Under the pieces are notes generated by a model that was given only the letters and a program-made list of their open reading frames with translations, was not told the DNA's origin and did not search any database. Below are positions 39,559 to 53,078 of a stretch of DNA of 64,000 nucleotides, in pieces. How positions within the stretch are numbered: the first letter of the stretch is position 1; each line of letters opens with the position of its first letter. The stretch lies in the NCBI GenBank assembly GCA_951406725.2, contig OX597814.1, positions 206,832,001 to 206,896,000 on the forward strand, given 5' to 3'. A program made the position numbers and the translations under genes. This stretch comes from Octopus vulgaris. Lineage: Eukaryota.

Positions 39559-40395
39559 ATAAGAAGTACACTGAGAGTATGTGAACCTCCACCAAGGCAA
39601 CACCAGCGTCCTCTCAACGATTAGCCAGAGATGATTTTTAAAATGAGAATATCTGAAATAAACTCAACTGCTCTCACAAACGAGAATACTAAAAATGAAC
39701 CTGACCTCTTTCAAAAATTAAATTAAAAAAATGGAAAATAATGCAGAATCCTTGTCTGGTACCTGATCAATCCCAATGGTAGTCATGGAATGTGAAGGTG
39801 GGTGTGCAGGCCATATTTGTAATGCTGTGTGTATGTCGTCTGCAGTGGGAACAGGGACAGTTCTCTCTATGAAGGTCCTTTTTAGTTTATCCACTAATAT
39901 AGTGTCTTTACGATCATTAAAGTCTAAAATGAAAATTTTATCCATGCATGAAAGAAAATGGAAAGGACCTGTATACGGTGCTGTTAACAGAGGTTTAAAA
40001 ACATTGTTGCACAAAAAAAGCATGAGTCCAAGAAGTAAAGCTTTCTTCAAGGCAGACCTAGAAATGCAATTGTCAAGAAGGTAAGAGGTTTTAAGCAAGA
40101 GTGATATATTCAAAATTGGTAAAACTGAAAACTTGTCAAGAATAAATTAAATTTATTATTGTTACTGAATATGTTAGTGTTATTTAATTTCTGAATGGTT
40201 TTGCTGCCATTTGTTTATGTAGTTTGATTGCTTTATCCATCAGTTTTGAGTAAAATTAATAATAGAGACACAAAGATAAACCTCTGGAAACAGCAATGCT
40301 GCCATAACTTATGTGGAACCCATGAGCATGCTTTCAAGGGAGATAATCAGAGAAAGACTTGAAAGTCAACGTAAGATCGTAATACTTTAGGTAAA

Positions 40396-41945
40396 TCATC
40401 ATCATTTAGCGTCCGCTTTCCATGCTAGCATGGGTTGGACGGTTCAACTGGGGTCTGGGAAGCCAGAAGGCTGCACCAGGCCCAGTCTGATCTGGCAGTG
40501 TTTCTACGGCTGGATGCCCTTCCTAACGCCAGCCACTCGGGGCTGGCACACGGACATGGACAGATGGTGCTTTTTACGTGCCACCGGCATGGGGGCCAGG
40601 CGAGGCTGGCAACGGCCACGATCGGATGGTGCTTTTTATGTGCCACCGGCAACGGACATGGTCGGGTGGTGCTTTTTACGTGCCACCAGCACGGGGGCCA
40701 GGCAAGGCTGGCAACGGCCATGATCGGATGGTGCTTTTTACATGCCACCGGCACGGAGGCCAGTCGGGGCGGCGCTGGCCATGGCCACTATCGGATGGTA
40801 TGCTTACATGTCACCGGCACTGGTATCACAGCTGCAATTTCCATTGATGTTGATCGACTTCGATTTTGGTTCTGATTTCTGATTTGATTTGATTTCATTT
40901 GATTTTCAATTTCCACTTGCCTCAACGGGTCTTCACAAGTGGAGTTTTCAGTCCCAAGAAGGAAAGGTATGCATAAGTGGACTGGCTACATCCAAGGTAG
41001 AGGCCACGGGTACTGGTCTCACTAGTCCTGCCGAGTCTTCTCACGCATAGCATACTTCCATAGGTCTCGGTCTCTAGTCATCTCCTCAGTGAGACCTAAA
41101 GTTCGAAGATCGTGCTTCACCACCTCGTCCCAGGTTTTCCTGGGTCTGCCTCTTCCACAGGTTCCCTCAACCGCTAGGGTGTGGCACTTTTTCACACAGC
41201 TATCTTCATCCATTCTCATCACATGACCATACCAGCGCAAACGTCTCTCTTGCACACCACATCTGATGCTTCTTAGGTCCAGCTTTTCTCTCAAGGTACT
41301 TACACTCTGTCGAGTATGAACACTGACATTACACATCCATCGGAGCATACTGGTTTCATTTCTTGCGAGCTTACGCATATCCTCAGCAGTCACGGCCCAT
41401 GTTTCACTGCCATGTAGCATGGCTGTTCGTACACATGCGTCATACAGTCTGCCTTTTACTCTGAGCGAGAGGCCTTTTGTCACCAGCAGAGGTAGGAGCT
41501 CTCTGAACTTTGCCCAGGCTATTCTTACTCTAGCATTTACACTTTCAGCACACCCGCCCCCACTATTGACTTGGTCACCTAGGTAACGGAAACTATCAAC
41601 TATTTCTAGTTTTTCTCCCTGGAAAGTGGCAGAAGTTGGTCTCAGAGCATTTTCAGTGTTTATTGCTCCTGAGCATCTGCCACATGCAAAAACTATCTTC
41701 CTAGTTAGCCTTCCTTTGACATTGCTGCACCTCTTATGTGTCCATAGCTTACACTTGGTGCATCTTATAGAGTTTCTACCTACACCTTTTCTACAGATCG
41801 AGCAAGGCCATCTACCTGAAGGCATTTGTAATTTGTCTACCTTACTACTTATTAGGACTTTGGTTTTAGCTAGATTGACTCTAAGGCCCTTCGATTCTAA
41901 TCCTTGCTTCCACACCTGAAACTTCTCCTCCAGTTCTGATAGTGA
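40396..41945 (-). mobile_element. RTE LINE, 5'-truncated, intact C-terminal ORF
   Basis: ORF 41022-41915 is nearly identical to 7678-8772; 3' UTR minisatellite; (ATG)n tail. Confidence 0.93.
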
Positions 41946-42179
41946 AGTAAATATAACGAATAATCCAGAATCTTTGTCTGGTACCAGATCAATCCCAAAG
42001 TCTAATCAGTTCCTGCCAGTCATGAGACCAAACATCCCTGAAAGTTTCATATGAATCCATAAAGCAGTTCTTGAGATATTTGTCCATGGTCAAAGAAACA
42101 AACAAACATGACTGAAAATAATACCTCTACCTTCGCTAAAGTGGAGGTAATAATAACAATAATAATAATCATAATAATG

Positions 42180-43440
42180 ATAAATATATATAAAACATTC
42201 TATGAATATATAGCAAACAGTTCAACAGTTCCAAACAAAAGAGGGACTCACAAAAACCAAAGCCATCCCCATTAGAAGAGGAATATTCCAGGGAGACACA
42301 CTCTCTCCACTTCTTTTTTGCTTGGCACTGACATCTTTACCTAACATGCTAAACAGAACTTGATGCGGATACAACTATTACAGCCAAACAATATATGGAT
42401 GACCTAAAAGTGTACACTACACATGATAAACAGCTGGAAACATTACTACAGACAGTACATGGATTTACCAAAGAAACTAATATAAAATTTGGCTTACAAA
42501 AATGTGCCAAAGCAACCCGGAAAAGAGGAAAACTAGTTAAGAGTAGCAACATCACACTAGATAAAGCAAATGAAATAAGACAATTATACCAAAGCCAGAT
42601 ATACAAATATTTAGGAATCAATGAACTAGATATGATACAACACACACAAATGAAAGAGATAATATAAAAAGAATACTATAGATGAGTTAGATAAATACTG
42701 AAAACAAAGCTCCATGTGAAAAGCAAGATAATAGGTATTAACACTTTAGCCATTCTTGTTATAAGTTACAGCTATGATATATCCTTAACTGGACTCTAAA
42801 TGAACCAATCAAAATAGACTGGAAAACAAGGAAAACTGGCTAAGAAGGAATATATTTACAGATACGACAGAGTTGGAACTTATGTACACTGGAAGCTATG
42901 CCAATATTATGGAATAACAACAGAAAAAAGATGGTATAAGCACACACCAGAAATGGTCACAGAAAACGAGAAAGCAACCATACTCTGGGATATGCCAATA
43001 CACACAGATAGAGAAATTAAAGCCGACAGACCAGATATAGTTGTCAGAGATCATGAAGAAAAAAAATGCTTTCTAATTGATGTATCAATACCAGCAGATG
43101 ACAACGTGTCTCTAAAAGAAATGGAGAAACTCTCAAAATACAAAGACCTGGAAATAGAGGTAACCAGAATGTGGAATCTAAAAACAGAAACAATTCCTAC
43201 CATAGTAGGTGCATTAGGCATGATAAAAAAAATATTCAGACAAATACATAACAAAAACACCAGGACTTACAAACACATAAAACATACAGAAAATTGCACT
43301 ACTAGGCACTGCACACATCCTACGCAGAACACTTTCAATACAGTAAAAATAAGAGCATCAGAACAAACCACAGCACACATCCAAGGCATACAGGGCTGCG
43401 TTGGGTAGTACAGTGAAAGCACGTTATAAAAATAAGGCTA

Positions 43441-43445
<5 letters not shown>
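42180..43445 (+). mobile_element. Dong/R4 family C copy, 5'-truncated, ~0.6-kb internal deletion near 42836
   Basis: Aligns to 9925-11757; the RKTRK region is fused to LAKKEY; (AAT)n on both sides. Confidence 0.9.
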
Positions 43446-43481
<36 letters not shown>

Positions 43482-43534
43482 TAATAATAATAATAATAAT
43501 AATAATATTAATAATAATAATAAAAATAATAACC

Positions 43535-45022
43535 AACCATTTGTTATTCATGGATGAATTCAAACTTTATGGTAAAGATGAAGCCCAAGTCAGTTCCCTT
43601 GTTGATATGGTGTATAATTTCAGGGTTGATATCAGAATGGAGTTCAGACTGAGAAAGTGTGGTGTGTTAGTCTTGAAGAGAGGCAAAATCAAATGTATGG
43701 ATGGGCTATCAATCCATTTAAAGCCGAGCACTTATACAGACTGAGTCTGTATAAATCTTATTCTGACTGTTTAATTTTGACTTAAGGATCCTTAAGTCAA
43801 AATTAAACGGTCAGAATAAGATTGAAGCTATGAACACTGGGGTGGTTTCACTCCTAAGATGCGGAGCAGGGGTAATCACATGGACAGTAGGTGAGCTAAA
43901 CAGCTTAGACAGAAAGACAAAGAAGTTACTAACTACGTATGGGCACTCTGCACAAAAAGTGACACAGACAGACTATATGTAAGAAGAAGAAAAAGAGGGG
44001 GAAGAGGACTTATTGGATGCGAACACAGCATTAGAGCAGAAGAAAACAACATAGCATGGTATGTAAGCAATGCTATGGAACTGCTATCATTGGAAGTAAG
44101 AAGGTCAGGCTTGTGTAGGATGGAAGATTGTAAAGATAAAGCACCATACAAGAAATTGAAAACGAAGGAAACTGAAAATAGGTGGATAAAGAACAGAATG
44201 CATGGACAATTTCATAGGGATGTTGAAGATAAGACAGACAGAGAAAAAAGATGGCTGTGAATGACTAAAAGTGATTTAAAACCAAAAACGAAGACACTAA
44301 TCTGTGCTGCCCAAGAGCAAGCACTAAGAACAAACTACATAAAATACAGAATAGACAACACAGCAGAAAGTGATAAGTGCAGAATCTGTGGACAAAATGG
44401 TGAAACCATATGCCATATTACCAGCCAATGTATGCTACTAGCCCAGAAGGAATATAAGAGACACCATGACAATATGGCCAGGCTTGTCCATTGGACACTT
44501 TGCAACGAGTGTAGACTTGACAGAACAAAAAAATTGGTACAACTACACACCTGAAGGCATCGTCGAAAATTGAAATGCAAAGATCCTATGAGATTTTATG
44601 ATTCAGTGTGACCATGAGATAGAGAATAGAAAGCCGGACATAGTCTTAATTGAGAAAGAAAACAAACTATGCTGAATCATAGACATAGCATGCCCAGCTG
44701 ACAACAAGGTATGCGATAAGGAAGAAAGAAAAGTCATTAGGTATGACAGGCTAGCTTGGGAAGTTAAGCAGTTGTGGTCGATGAAAAAGGTAGCAGTGGT
44801 ACCAATAATTGTCGGAGCCCTGGGAACAGTGAAAATCTTGAGAAGTACATGGAATAAATAGGGGCTGCAATAAGGGTGGAGCACCTGCAGAAAACAGCAC
44901 TGTTTGGAACCGATCGAATACTGCAGAAGGTGCTCAAAAAATTAGAGGTGTTACCTTAGTTCACAGGTAGTGAACAGCTGACACTGTAGCACATCTCCAG
45001 CATTAGGAGCTGTGCAAAGGCA
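43535..45022 (+). mobile_element. Dong/R4 family A copy
   Basis: Aligns to 70-1500 (EHSIRAEENNIAWYV, MTKSDLKP, DIACPADNKV); (AAT)n on both sides. Confidence 0.9.
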
Positions 45023-45039
45023 ATAATAGTAATAATAAT

Positions 45040-46270
45040 ATTCTCTTGAAATCAAATCTCAACTTAGTGCCATCAGCATATGGGCTGTTGCTGTAGTTCG
45101 TTATAGTGCACCCCTATGGAGATGGACACAAGATAAGATTGAGCAACTCGATCACACTACCCGAAAGACAATGACGATGCATGGTGCCCTCCACCCTTTA
45201 GGAAAATGGACACAGGCTCTACATGAAGAGAGGTAAGGGTGGACATGGGCTGATTAGCATATGGGAGTGCATCAACGGTGGAAGAAGAAACATGGTAGAA
45301 TATTTGGTAAACGGCAAACAAGACTTGCTACAGTATGCTGCTAGTGCACAAGGAGTTAACAAAAGGAACTTGAGGGTAATCAGGAATTCTGATCACGAAC
45401 AGCCGACGAGAGAGAAGAAACCCTACTCCGTATGGAATTGCATGGTCAGTTCCACTGTGGAACCAACAAATTAAAAGACAAAGAAGCATCATAGAATGGC
45501 TCAACAAGGGTGACCTAATCAAAAATACTGAAAGCCTAATCATTGCGGCCCAGGACTCAGTGAAAAAGAATATATACCACACAAGTGCAACGGATCTCTG
45601 AAGAATGTGTGGGAAGAGAGTTGAAAGTGTGACTCACTGTTAGTGCTTGAGAAAGTCTTGCGCAGGAAGAGTAGAAGCGTAGACACGACAAAGTAACCCA
45701 AAACTGGCTACTTTGCCATAAGTATGGATATGAGGTTATGGGTGCTTGGTACCAACATACACCAGAAAAAGTAATGAACGAAAAGGGGAAGGCAAAAATC
45801 CTCTGGGACTTTGATTTCCAGACAGACAAAGTGTAAGAGAACTGAAGGCCAGATATAGAAACCTTTAGGAGGGACAAACAAGAGTGCCAAATAATCGATT
45901 TGGCAGGGCCAGGAGATCAACACATCATCATGAAATAAAGAGAAAAAGGTTGATAAATATGGAAACCTGAGAATTGAAATTGCTAAGATGTGGCAGGTAG
46001 AAGAGTCGAACATAAAGGTTATCCCTATTGTCATCGGAGAATTGGGTTCAATACCATCCAATCTGAAAAAACATCTGAAGTCCTTAGAGATACCCTGCAA
46101 TCTAGATGTATTGCAAAAGTCAGCATTACTTGGAATTGTGTAAAGTATTGTCTGCCTGAGGTCCATTTTGTGACTTGACAAACACTGCAAACCCCGAGTA
46201 GACACAATATCTTGGATCAACAATCTCACGATATTGTATACTGTGCGACATTTATAACAATAATAGCAAT
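45040..46270 (+). mobile_element. Dong/R4 family G 3' fragment
   Basis: MHGALHP, GGHGLISI, ESLIIAAQD, RHD, ILWDFDFQTD, KYGNLRIEI, LQKSALLG; AAT arrays on both sides. Confidence 0.8.
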
Positions 46271-46271
46271 C

Positions 46272-46321
<50 letters not shown>

Positions 46322-46347
46322 CATTAATCATTAATAATTAATAATAA

Positions 46348-46722
46348 TCATCATCATTATTTAGTGTCCGCTTTCCAAGCTAGCATGGGTTGGACCATTC
46401 AACTGGGGTCTGGGAAGCCAGAAGGCTGCACCAGGCCCAGTCTGATCTGGCAGTGTTTCTATTGCTGGATGCCCTTCCTAACGCCAACCACTCCGTGAGA
46501 GTAGTGGGTGCTTTTTACGTGCCACCGGCACAGGTGCCAGACGGGGCTGGCAAACAGCCATGGACGAATGGTGCTTTTTACGTCCACCGGCACAGGGGCC
46601 AAGTGAGGCTGGCAACAGCCACGATCGGATTGTGCTTTTTACGTGCCACCAGCACAGAGGCCAGTCGGGGCGGTGCTGGCAACGGCCACAGTCGGGTGGT
46701 GCTTTTATCGTGCCACCGGCAG
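46348..46722 (-). mobile_element. RTE 3' UTR/tail fragment
   Basis: Matches 40396-40760; embedded in AAT repeats. Confidence 0.85.
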
Positions 46723-46832
46723 GGAATGATAATAATGATAATAACATTAATCATATTTATAATAAACAGTGTTTAATAGAGACGGTATGACAAAACACCA
46801 TAATATTCAATATTAAGGAACAAATTGTTTAC

Positions 46833-46914
46833 CTTTTGAATGAAATCTTTCCTTTTCCTGTTTATCCATCATTCCTTCATTTTCGTCTTTATTTAGGAGA
46901 TATTCTTCAAATTT
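46833..46914 (-). CDS. Exon B: last helix of macrodomain 1 plus linker
   Basis: ttttacag|AAA TTT GAA GAA TAT ... AAA G|gtaaac; 82 nt, phase 0-1; KFEEYLLNKDENEGMMDKQEKERFHSK. Starts with the same KFEEY as exon F; phases match exon A and exon C. Confidence 0.8.
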
Positions 46915-47127
46915 CTGTAAAATTCAAAATAATGAGGTTACATTTTAGTAATAGGGTAGTTTAAACAGACCTGGTTCACCATATTATATTAAAAGACTAT
47001 TTTCTATTTCAAGGGACAGTGTAGGTGTGTTTTGGGGGGGAGTAATGTGGAATTGAAAAGAAACTTTTGTTTCTCTTTCAAATATCAATGATTTGGGGGA
47101 TTGGTCTTTAGAGGTCAGAATGGTGTG

Positions 47128-47129
<2 letters not shown>

Positions 47130-47180
<51 letters not shown>

Positions 47181-49560
47181 GTGTTTGTGTTTGTGTGTGA
47201 GGGCCGCTTTTGATTGGTCCCAGGGTTTATTGTGGTGTAAATAGGTGTGTCTGTGTGTGTTTTATATTTGGTAGGATGGTGTGTGTATATGTGTGCCCAT
47301 TTGTGTGTGTGTATGTGTGTGTGGTTAATGTTTGTTAGTGTGTTGTGTGTGCACTAGTGTGTGTATGTGTTTGTTCATATGTGTGCATCTGTGGGTGCGT
47401 GTGTATTCTTGTGTATTTTGTGTTGGTGGGGATGTTATATGTGTGTAGGTGAGTGTGTGTGTGTGTATATGTGTGTCTGTATGTGCGCGTGTGTATGTTT
47501 GTGTGTTTTTTTGTGTTGGTGGGGATGTTATGCGTGTGTATATGTGAGTGTATGTGTGTTGTGTCTGTTTGTGTTTTAAATGTCCTTGTGGTGTGTGTGT
47601 GTGAGGGTGCATATGTATGTGTGTGGGTATGTGTGGATGTGTATGCGTGTGTAAGTGTGTTGTATTTATCAGGGGCTCTGTGTGTCTATGTGTGTTGGGT
47701 TTATCTGGGTGGTGTGTGTGTGTATGCGTTTTGTTTGTGTTGGTATTGAGTATGTGTTTGTGTGTGTGTGTGTGTTTATATATGTGGGTATGGTTTATGT
47801 AGTTCTGTATTTTCCGGGTGTGTGTGTGTGTACATGTGTCTGTTGCATTTGTGAGTGATTTGTTTTGTTTGTATTGTTAGTGCAATGTGTGTGTATACGT
47901 GTAGGAGTGTTTGTGTGGGTGTGTTCAGGTGTCTTGTATTTGTCAGGGAGGTGTGTGTCATTGTGTGTGTGCATGGTTGTGTGTATGTATGTTTGTGAAT
48001 GTTTGTTGTGGTTGTAATGTGCGTGTATGTGTATTTTTTCTTTTGAATGTGAGTGTGTGTGTGTGATTTTATTACTGGGGTGCGGGCGTATTGTATGTGT
48101 GTGTGTACAGGTGTGTGTAAATGCGTGTGTGTTTGTGTGAGTTGTGTTGTAGTTGCATGTTTGTTTGTGTATCTGTGTGTGTGTTTGTGTGAATGTGATT
48201 TGTAATTTCGGGGTGGTGTGTGCAGGTGTGTGCATATCTGTGTTTACATATGTGTATATGTGTGTGTGAGTGTTGGTTATGGATGCTAAAATCTTATTGC
48301 AAGTGTATGTGTATGTGCGTTTTTCCTGGGATGTGTGAGGGTTTGTGCTCAAGTGTGAGGATATTGTGCTTGTGCAAGTGTATTTGCATCGGAGGTTGGC
48401 ATTGTTTTTGTGTGTGTGTGATTTTGTATATCTGTATGTGTTTCTGTATGTGTTTGTTTTGGATGTGTACCTGGGGGGTATGTTAGAGTATGTTTAGTTG
48501 TGGTCTGTATTTTTGAATAAGATTATTTTCCCTATTTATTTGTGTTTGGTCAGTGGTGTTGTCTGGGCATTGGTATAGTGGAAAACTAGGAATTCGGGGG
48601 ACTTGTTGTGTGCACAGAGGTCTAAGTGTCCACTTAGTGGTATCTGTCTTGTGGTGGGGTCCCTCAGTTGTTGTCGGTGAACTGTCATCCTTTCTCTGAG
48701 GGTAGTCTTTGTGGCACCCTTCACACCTTATGATATAGAGTAAATTTTTTGATGCACAGGTGAAAGTATTTTTTATGACAAAGGTGTGTTCCGACTGGAA
48801 TTTGTACACTGATCCTTCAATGAGATGGATGCAAGTCCTGCAGTTGGAACGACCACATTTTTTGACGGTGGGTGGTGAGTTTGTGTTGTGTAATTTTGCA
48901 TTGTGAGTAGGTTTTTTAGGGATTTGGGTTGTATTTTACTTTTTATTATTTTACGAGTTGTGAGTAAATTTTTTAGATGTGGGTCTTGATTTAGCTGTGG
49001 AATGTTGTATATAATTGTGTAAGCTTCTGCATTTCTTCGATTGTGTGTTGAGAGACAGGGGAGGCTATTTACTGTACTGTGGATGTGTTTTGGTTTTCGT
49101 AAGTCTTGGGTGTTAATTGATTTGGCCCGTTCTATTCCGTTGTCCACTAGTGATGCTGGATAATGTCTTTTGAGAAGAATTGCCCTTAGTTCCCGGAGTC
49201 TTCTATTTCGTGTTGTGTCATTTGAGACAATTGTGCAGATTCTTCTTGCTAAGTTGAAGGGGATATTTGTCTTTGTGTGTTTTGGGTGATTGGAGGTGAA
49301 TAGAAGGTATTATTTAGAGTCAGTGGGTTTGTAATGGATGTCAGTTTCAATGTTGACGCCTTTTTTAATGATTAGAATGTCAAGAAAAAGGAGTCGGTCC
49401 TGACTATAATCCATTGTGAATTGGATGTGGTTGTGTACACTGTTGATAAAGTTTTTGAAGTCAATAAGCTGGTTGAGTGTGTGGGACCATAGGATGAGGC
49501 AATCATCTAAGTACCATTTCCAATTCTCCAACAGGTATTTGTGGAAAGATACAATACCAA
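47130..49560 (-). mobile_element. Penelope-like element (RT C-terminus + GIY-YIG) with a ~1.3-kb degenerate (CA)n-rich 3' tract
   Basis: WYLDDCL, IQFTM, FLDILI, YKPTDS..YL...S.HP, FTCASKNLLYIIRC..C, LRERMTVH; TG-rich tract at 47130-48480. Confidence 0.85.
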
Positions 49561-50009
49561 TATTCCTCTGAACTTTTTAATAATTTTTTCTGTAAATTGT
49601 TTTTAACATTTTCTCAGAATGTATATATATATTGTAATCTTTTGTGCCCAATATTTTGATGAACTTGTTAAACTTTTTTATATTTTCTCAAAATTTTCCC
49701 GTGTAAACTGTTTTTAACAAGTTCTAATTATTATCAAAGAATGTATATATATATTGTAATATTTTGTGACAATCAGTACCTAACACAACAAAGCTTTTAC
49801 ATGTTACTTTTGACAATGTTTTTCTAAAAAAGTGAAACCGATGAAGTAAATAAACATCTTTTAAAATTGCATTTTCAAACCTTCTTTCATATATAATTCC
49901 TCTCGTGCAGTACCTTACAACTCCACTTTGTTATATATATATATATGGATTTCATAGACAGGAAGTGAAACAAATCAATCGTATATATATGTATGTATAT
50001 ATGTAAGTG

Positions 50010-52732
50010 TATGTGTTTTGGTATTGGCAACATGACTGACAATGGTCAGAGACTACTTGAATTTTGCACATACCATAACCCGTGCATCACCAACACATTC
50101 TTTGCCAGAAAGACATCCCACAAGTCATCTTGGAGACATCCAATATCTCACCACTGGCATCAGCTGGATCTCATCATTACACGAAGATTCTTTGTGAATT
50201 CTGTTCAACTGACCCGTAGTTACTACAGCGCGGATTGTGACACAGATCATTCACTAATAAGAAGCAGGGTGAGGATTCTACCTAAAAAAGTTCATCACTT
50301 CAAGAAAATGGGCCAACCACGCATTAACACTGCCAGAACCTTGGACCCTACACTGCGAAAATGTTTTGCTGTTTCTATCAAGGTTGCCCTCAGTAGCTGC
50401 CCAACCTCCTCTGCTGAAAGTAGGTGGAATTATATCAGGGAAGCTTTGTATACCACATTAATAGATACTTTTGGCATGAGAGAAAGGCAAAACCCAGATT
50501 GGTTCAGTGCTGGGCTCTCAGAGCTGGAAACAATTATCGAAACAAAGCGTGCAGCTCTGATGCAATACAAGAGTGATTCTTCTATAAAGTCACTCGAAGA
50601 ACTCAGAAAGGCAAGAAATAAAGCCCAACTGACAGCCAGACACTGTGTAAATAGGTATTGGCAGGAAATCTGTCAGAGTATCCAGTCAGGTTCTGACAGT
50701 GGTGACACCCGTGGGATGTATGCCAGTTTGAAGAAAGCCCTTGGTCCATCCGCAACCAAGTCAGCCCATCTGAAATCAACTACTGGAGATCTCATCAAGG
50801 ACCAAAGCAAGCAAATGGATAGATGGGTGGAGTACTACCAGGATTTCTACTCACGGGAGACCACAATAGCTGAGGCTGCAATCGAGGGTGTCAAGATCTT
50901 GCCAGTCATGTGCGAACTTGACAGTCTGCCATCTATAGCAGAGCTCACCAAGGCTATTGACACCCTAGCAAGTAACAAGGTTCCGGGAAAAGACGGCATC
51001 CCCTCAGAGATCATCAAAGCTGGCAAAAACACCATCCTGATTCGGCACCTTCATGAGCTTCTGTGTCAGTGCTGGGAAGAAGGTGCAGTCCCTCAGGATA
51101 TGCAGGATGCTAACATCATTACGCTTTACAAAAACAAAGGTGACCGTGGTGATTGTAACAATTACCGCAGAATATCTCTTCTAAGCACTGTTGGAAAGAC
51201 CTTTGCTCGCATTATCCTGTCCAGGCTACAATTGCTTGCTTCTTGAATTTATCCAGAATCACATTTTGGCTTTAGAAGAAGCAGATCAACTATTGAATGA
51301 TATTCTCCATATGCCAACTTCAGGAGAAGTCCAGAGAGCAGAAAATGCCATTATATACGGCCTTCATTGATCTGACAAAGGCCTTTGACTTGGTAAGTAG
51401 AAAAGGCCTCTTCATCCTGCTCCAAAAAATCAGATGTCCACCAAAGCTGCTGAGGATCATCAAGTCTTTCCATGATGATAAGCAAGGCACCATACAGCAC
51501 AATGGTTCAACATCAGCCGCCTTCCAAATAAAAAATGGGGTAAAGCAAGGTTGTGTCCTTGCTCCTACATTATTTGGCATCTTCTCGCTGCTGCTGTCAC
51601 ATACCTTTGAGACATCAGACCAGGGAGTGTTTCTGCACAGTAGAAGTGATGGGAAACTGTTCAATCTCTCTCGTCTGCGTGCCAAGACCAAAATCAGAAG
51701 TGTCCTCATCAAGGAGGTGCTATTTGCTGATCATGCTGCTCTGGTATCACACACAGAAGAAGCCCTACAAAGGCTCATCAACTGTTTTGAGCAAGCATGT
51801 AGCGACTTTGGATTAGTTATCAGCCTCAAGAAGACCAACATCATGGGTCAGGCTACATCGGACATCCCAAACATATATATTGGAGACCACAGATTACAGG
51901 AGGTGGAGAAGTTTATCTATCTTGGCTCTACTGTCACCTACAACCTATCTCTTGATGCTGAGCACTATATACGCATTGGCAAGGCAGCTGCTGTGATGGC
52001 CCAACTCTCCAAACAGGCATGGGACAACAATAAGCTGACCAAGACCACAAAAATGAAGATTTACCAGGCATGTGTACTTAGCACTCTCCTGGATGGAAGT
52101 GAGACTTGGATGCCATACACACGCCAAGAGCGTCGTCTAAATATCTTTCACCTGCGCTGCTTCCGGGAAATCCTTCGCATCAAATGGCAGAATCATGTCC
52201 CCAACAAAGATGTCTTCAAGCAAGCAGGAATAGCAAGCATGTTTGCACTCCTCACACAAAGACGTATGAGATGGCTTGGACATGTTAGCCGTATGGAAGA
52301 TGGCAGAATCCCCAAGAACATACTCTATGGAGAGCTTGCTAGGGGCACTAGGTCTGTGGGAAGACTATTCTTACGATAAAAGGATGTTTGGAAAAGGGAC
52401 ATGAATGCCTGCAACATCAATATTAGCAAGTGGGAAGCAGTTGCCAGCAACCGTAGAGATTGGCAACGTACCTTAAAGAGGGGACACAAAGAAGTGACAG
52501 AGAGAAAGAGGTGAAATGGAAAAACAAGAAAAGACGTCAACAAGAAACTATGACATTACAACCAGCCAGGCAAAGTCTTCGCTACGTTTGCGGCGTCTGC
52601 CAGAGGGGGTGTTTGTCCAGGATAGGACTACACAGCCACAGCAGGAGATGTATTAGGACATGAAATGTAAAAGCTGGACTAGATTATGCACAACTCCATT
52701 GTCTCCCGAAACAAAAAGGATGCCAACAACAA
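50010..52732 (+). mobile_element. RTE/BovB-like LINE (APE remnant, RT, C-terminal C2H2-like finger)
   Basis: NGQRLLEFC..ITNTFF..WRHP..WHQLD, DCDTDH, NYRRISLL, FIDLTKAFD, GVKQGCVLAPTLF, FADH, RMRWLGHV, CGVCQRGCLSRIGLHSH; short 3' hairpin and (CAA) tail. Confidence 0.92.
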
Positions 52733-53025
52733 TATATATGGATTTTCCAGACAGGAACTGAAACAAATCAACAGTATATATATGTATGTATATATATAAG
52801 AGTATGTGTGTGTCTTTGTCTCTGTGTTTCTCCCTCATCACTGCTTCACAACTACTGTTCATTTATTTACATCCACATAACTTACTGATTTCACAAGAAC
52901 AAACTAATAGAATAAGTACCAGGCTTATCAACATAAAAAAAGCACTAGGCTGTGTCTCATATTTTTGTTTGCGCACTCAGTTGTATCTATCAATTTATCA
53001 TTGTATGTATGTGTGTGTGTGTATA

Positions 53026-53039
53026 TCTATATCTATAGT

Positions 53040-53078
<39 letters not shown>

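Noticed and set aside
47325-48486. Many Cys/Val- or His/Thr-rich ORFs
   Set aside because: Translations of a degenerate (TG)n tract.
49570-49770. Two ~120-bp AT-rich direct repeats
   Set aside because: Low complexity, with no termini or other support for a defined element.
49993-52663. Long RT ORFs as an active or domesticated gene
   Set aside because: Stops at 51244 and 52377, FADH instead of FADD, and a truncated endonuclease: a decaying RTE copy.
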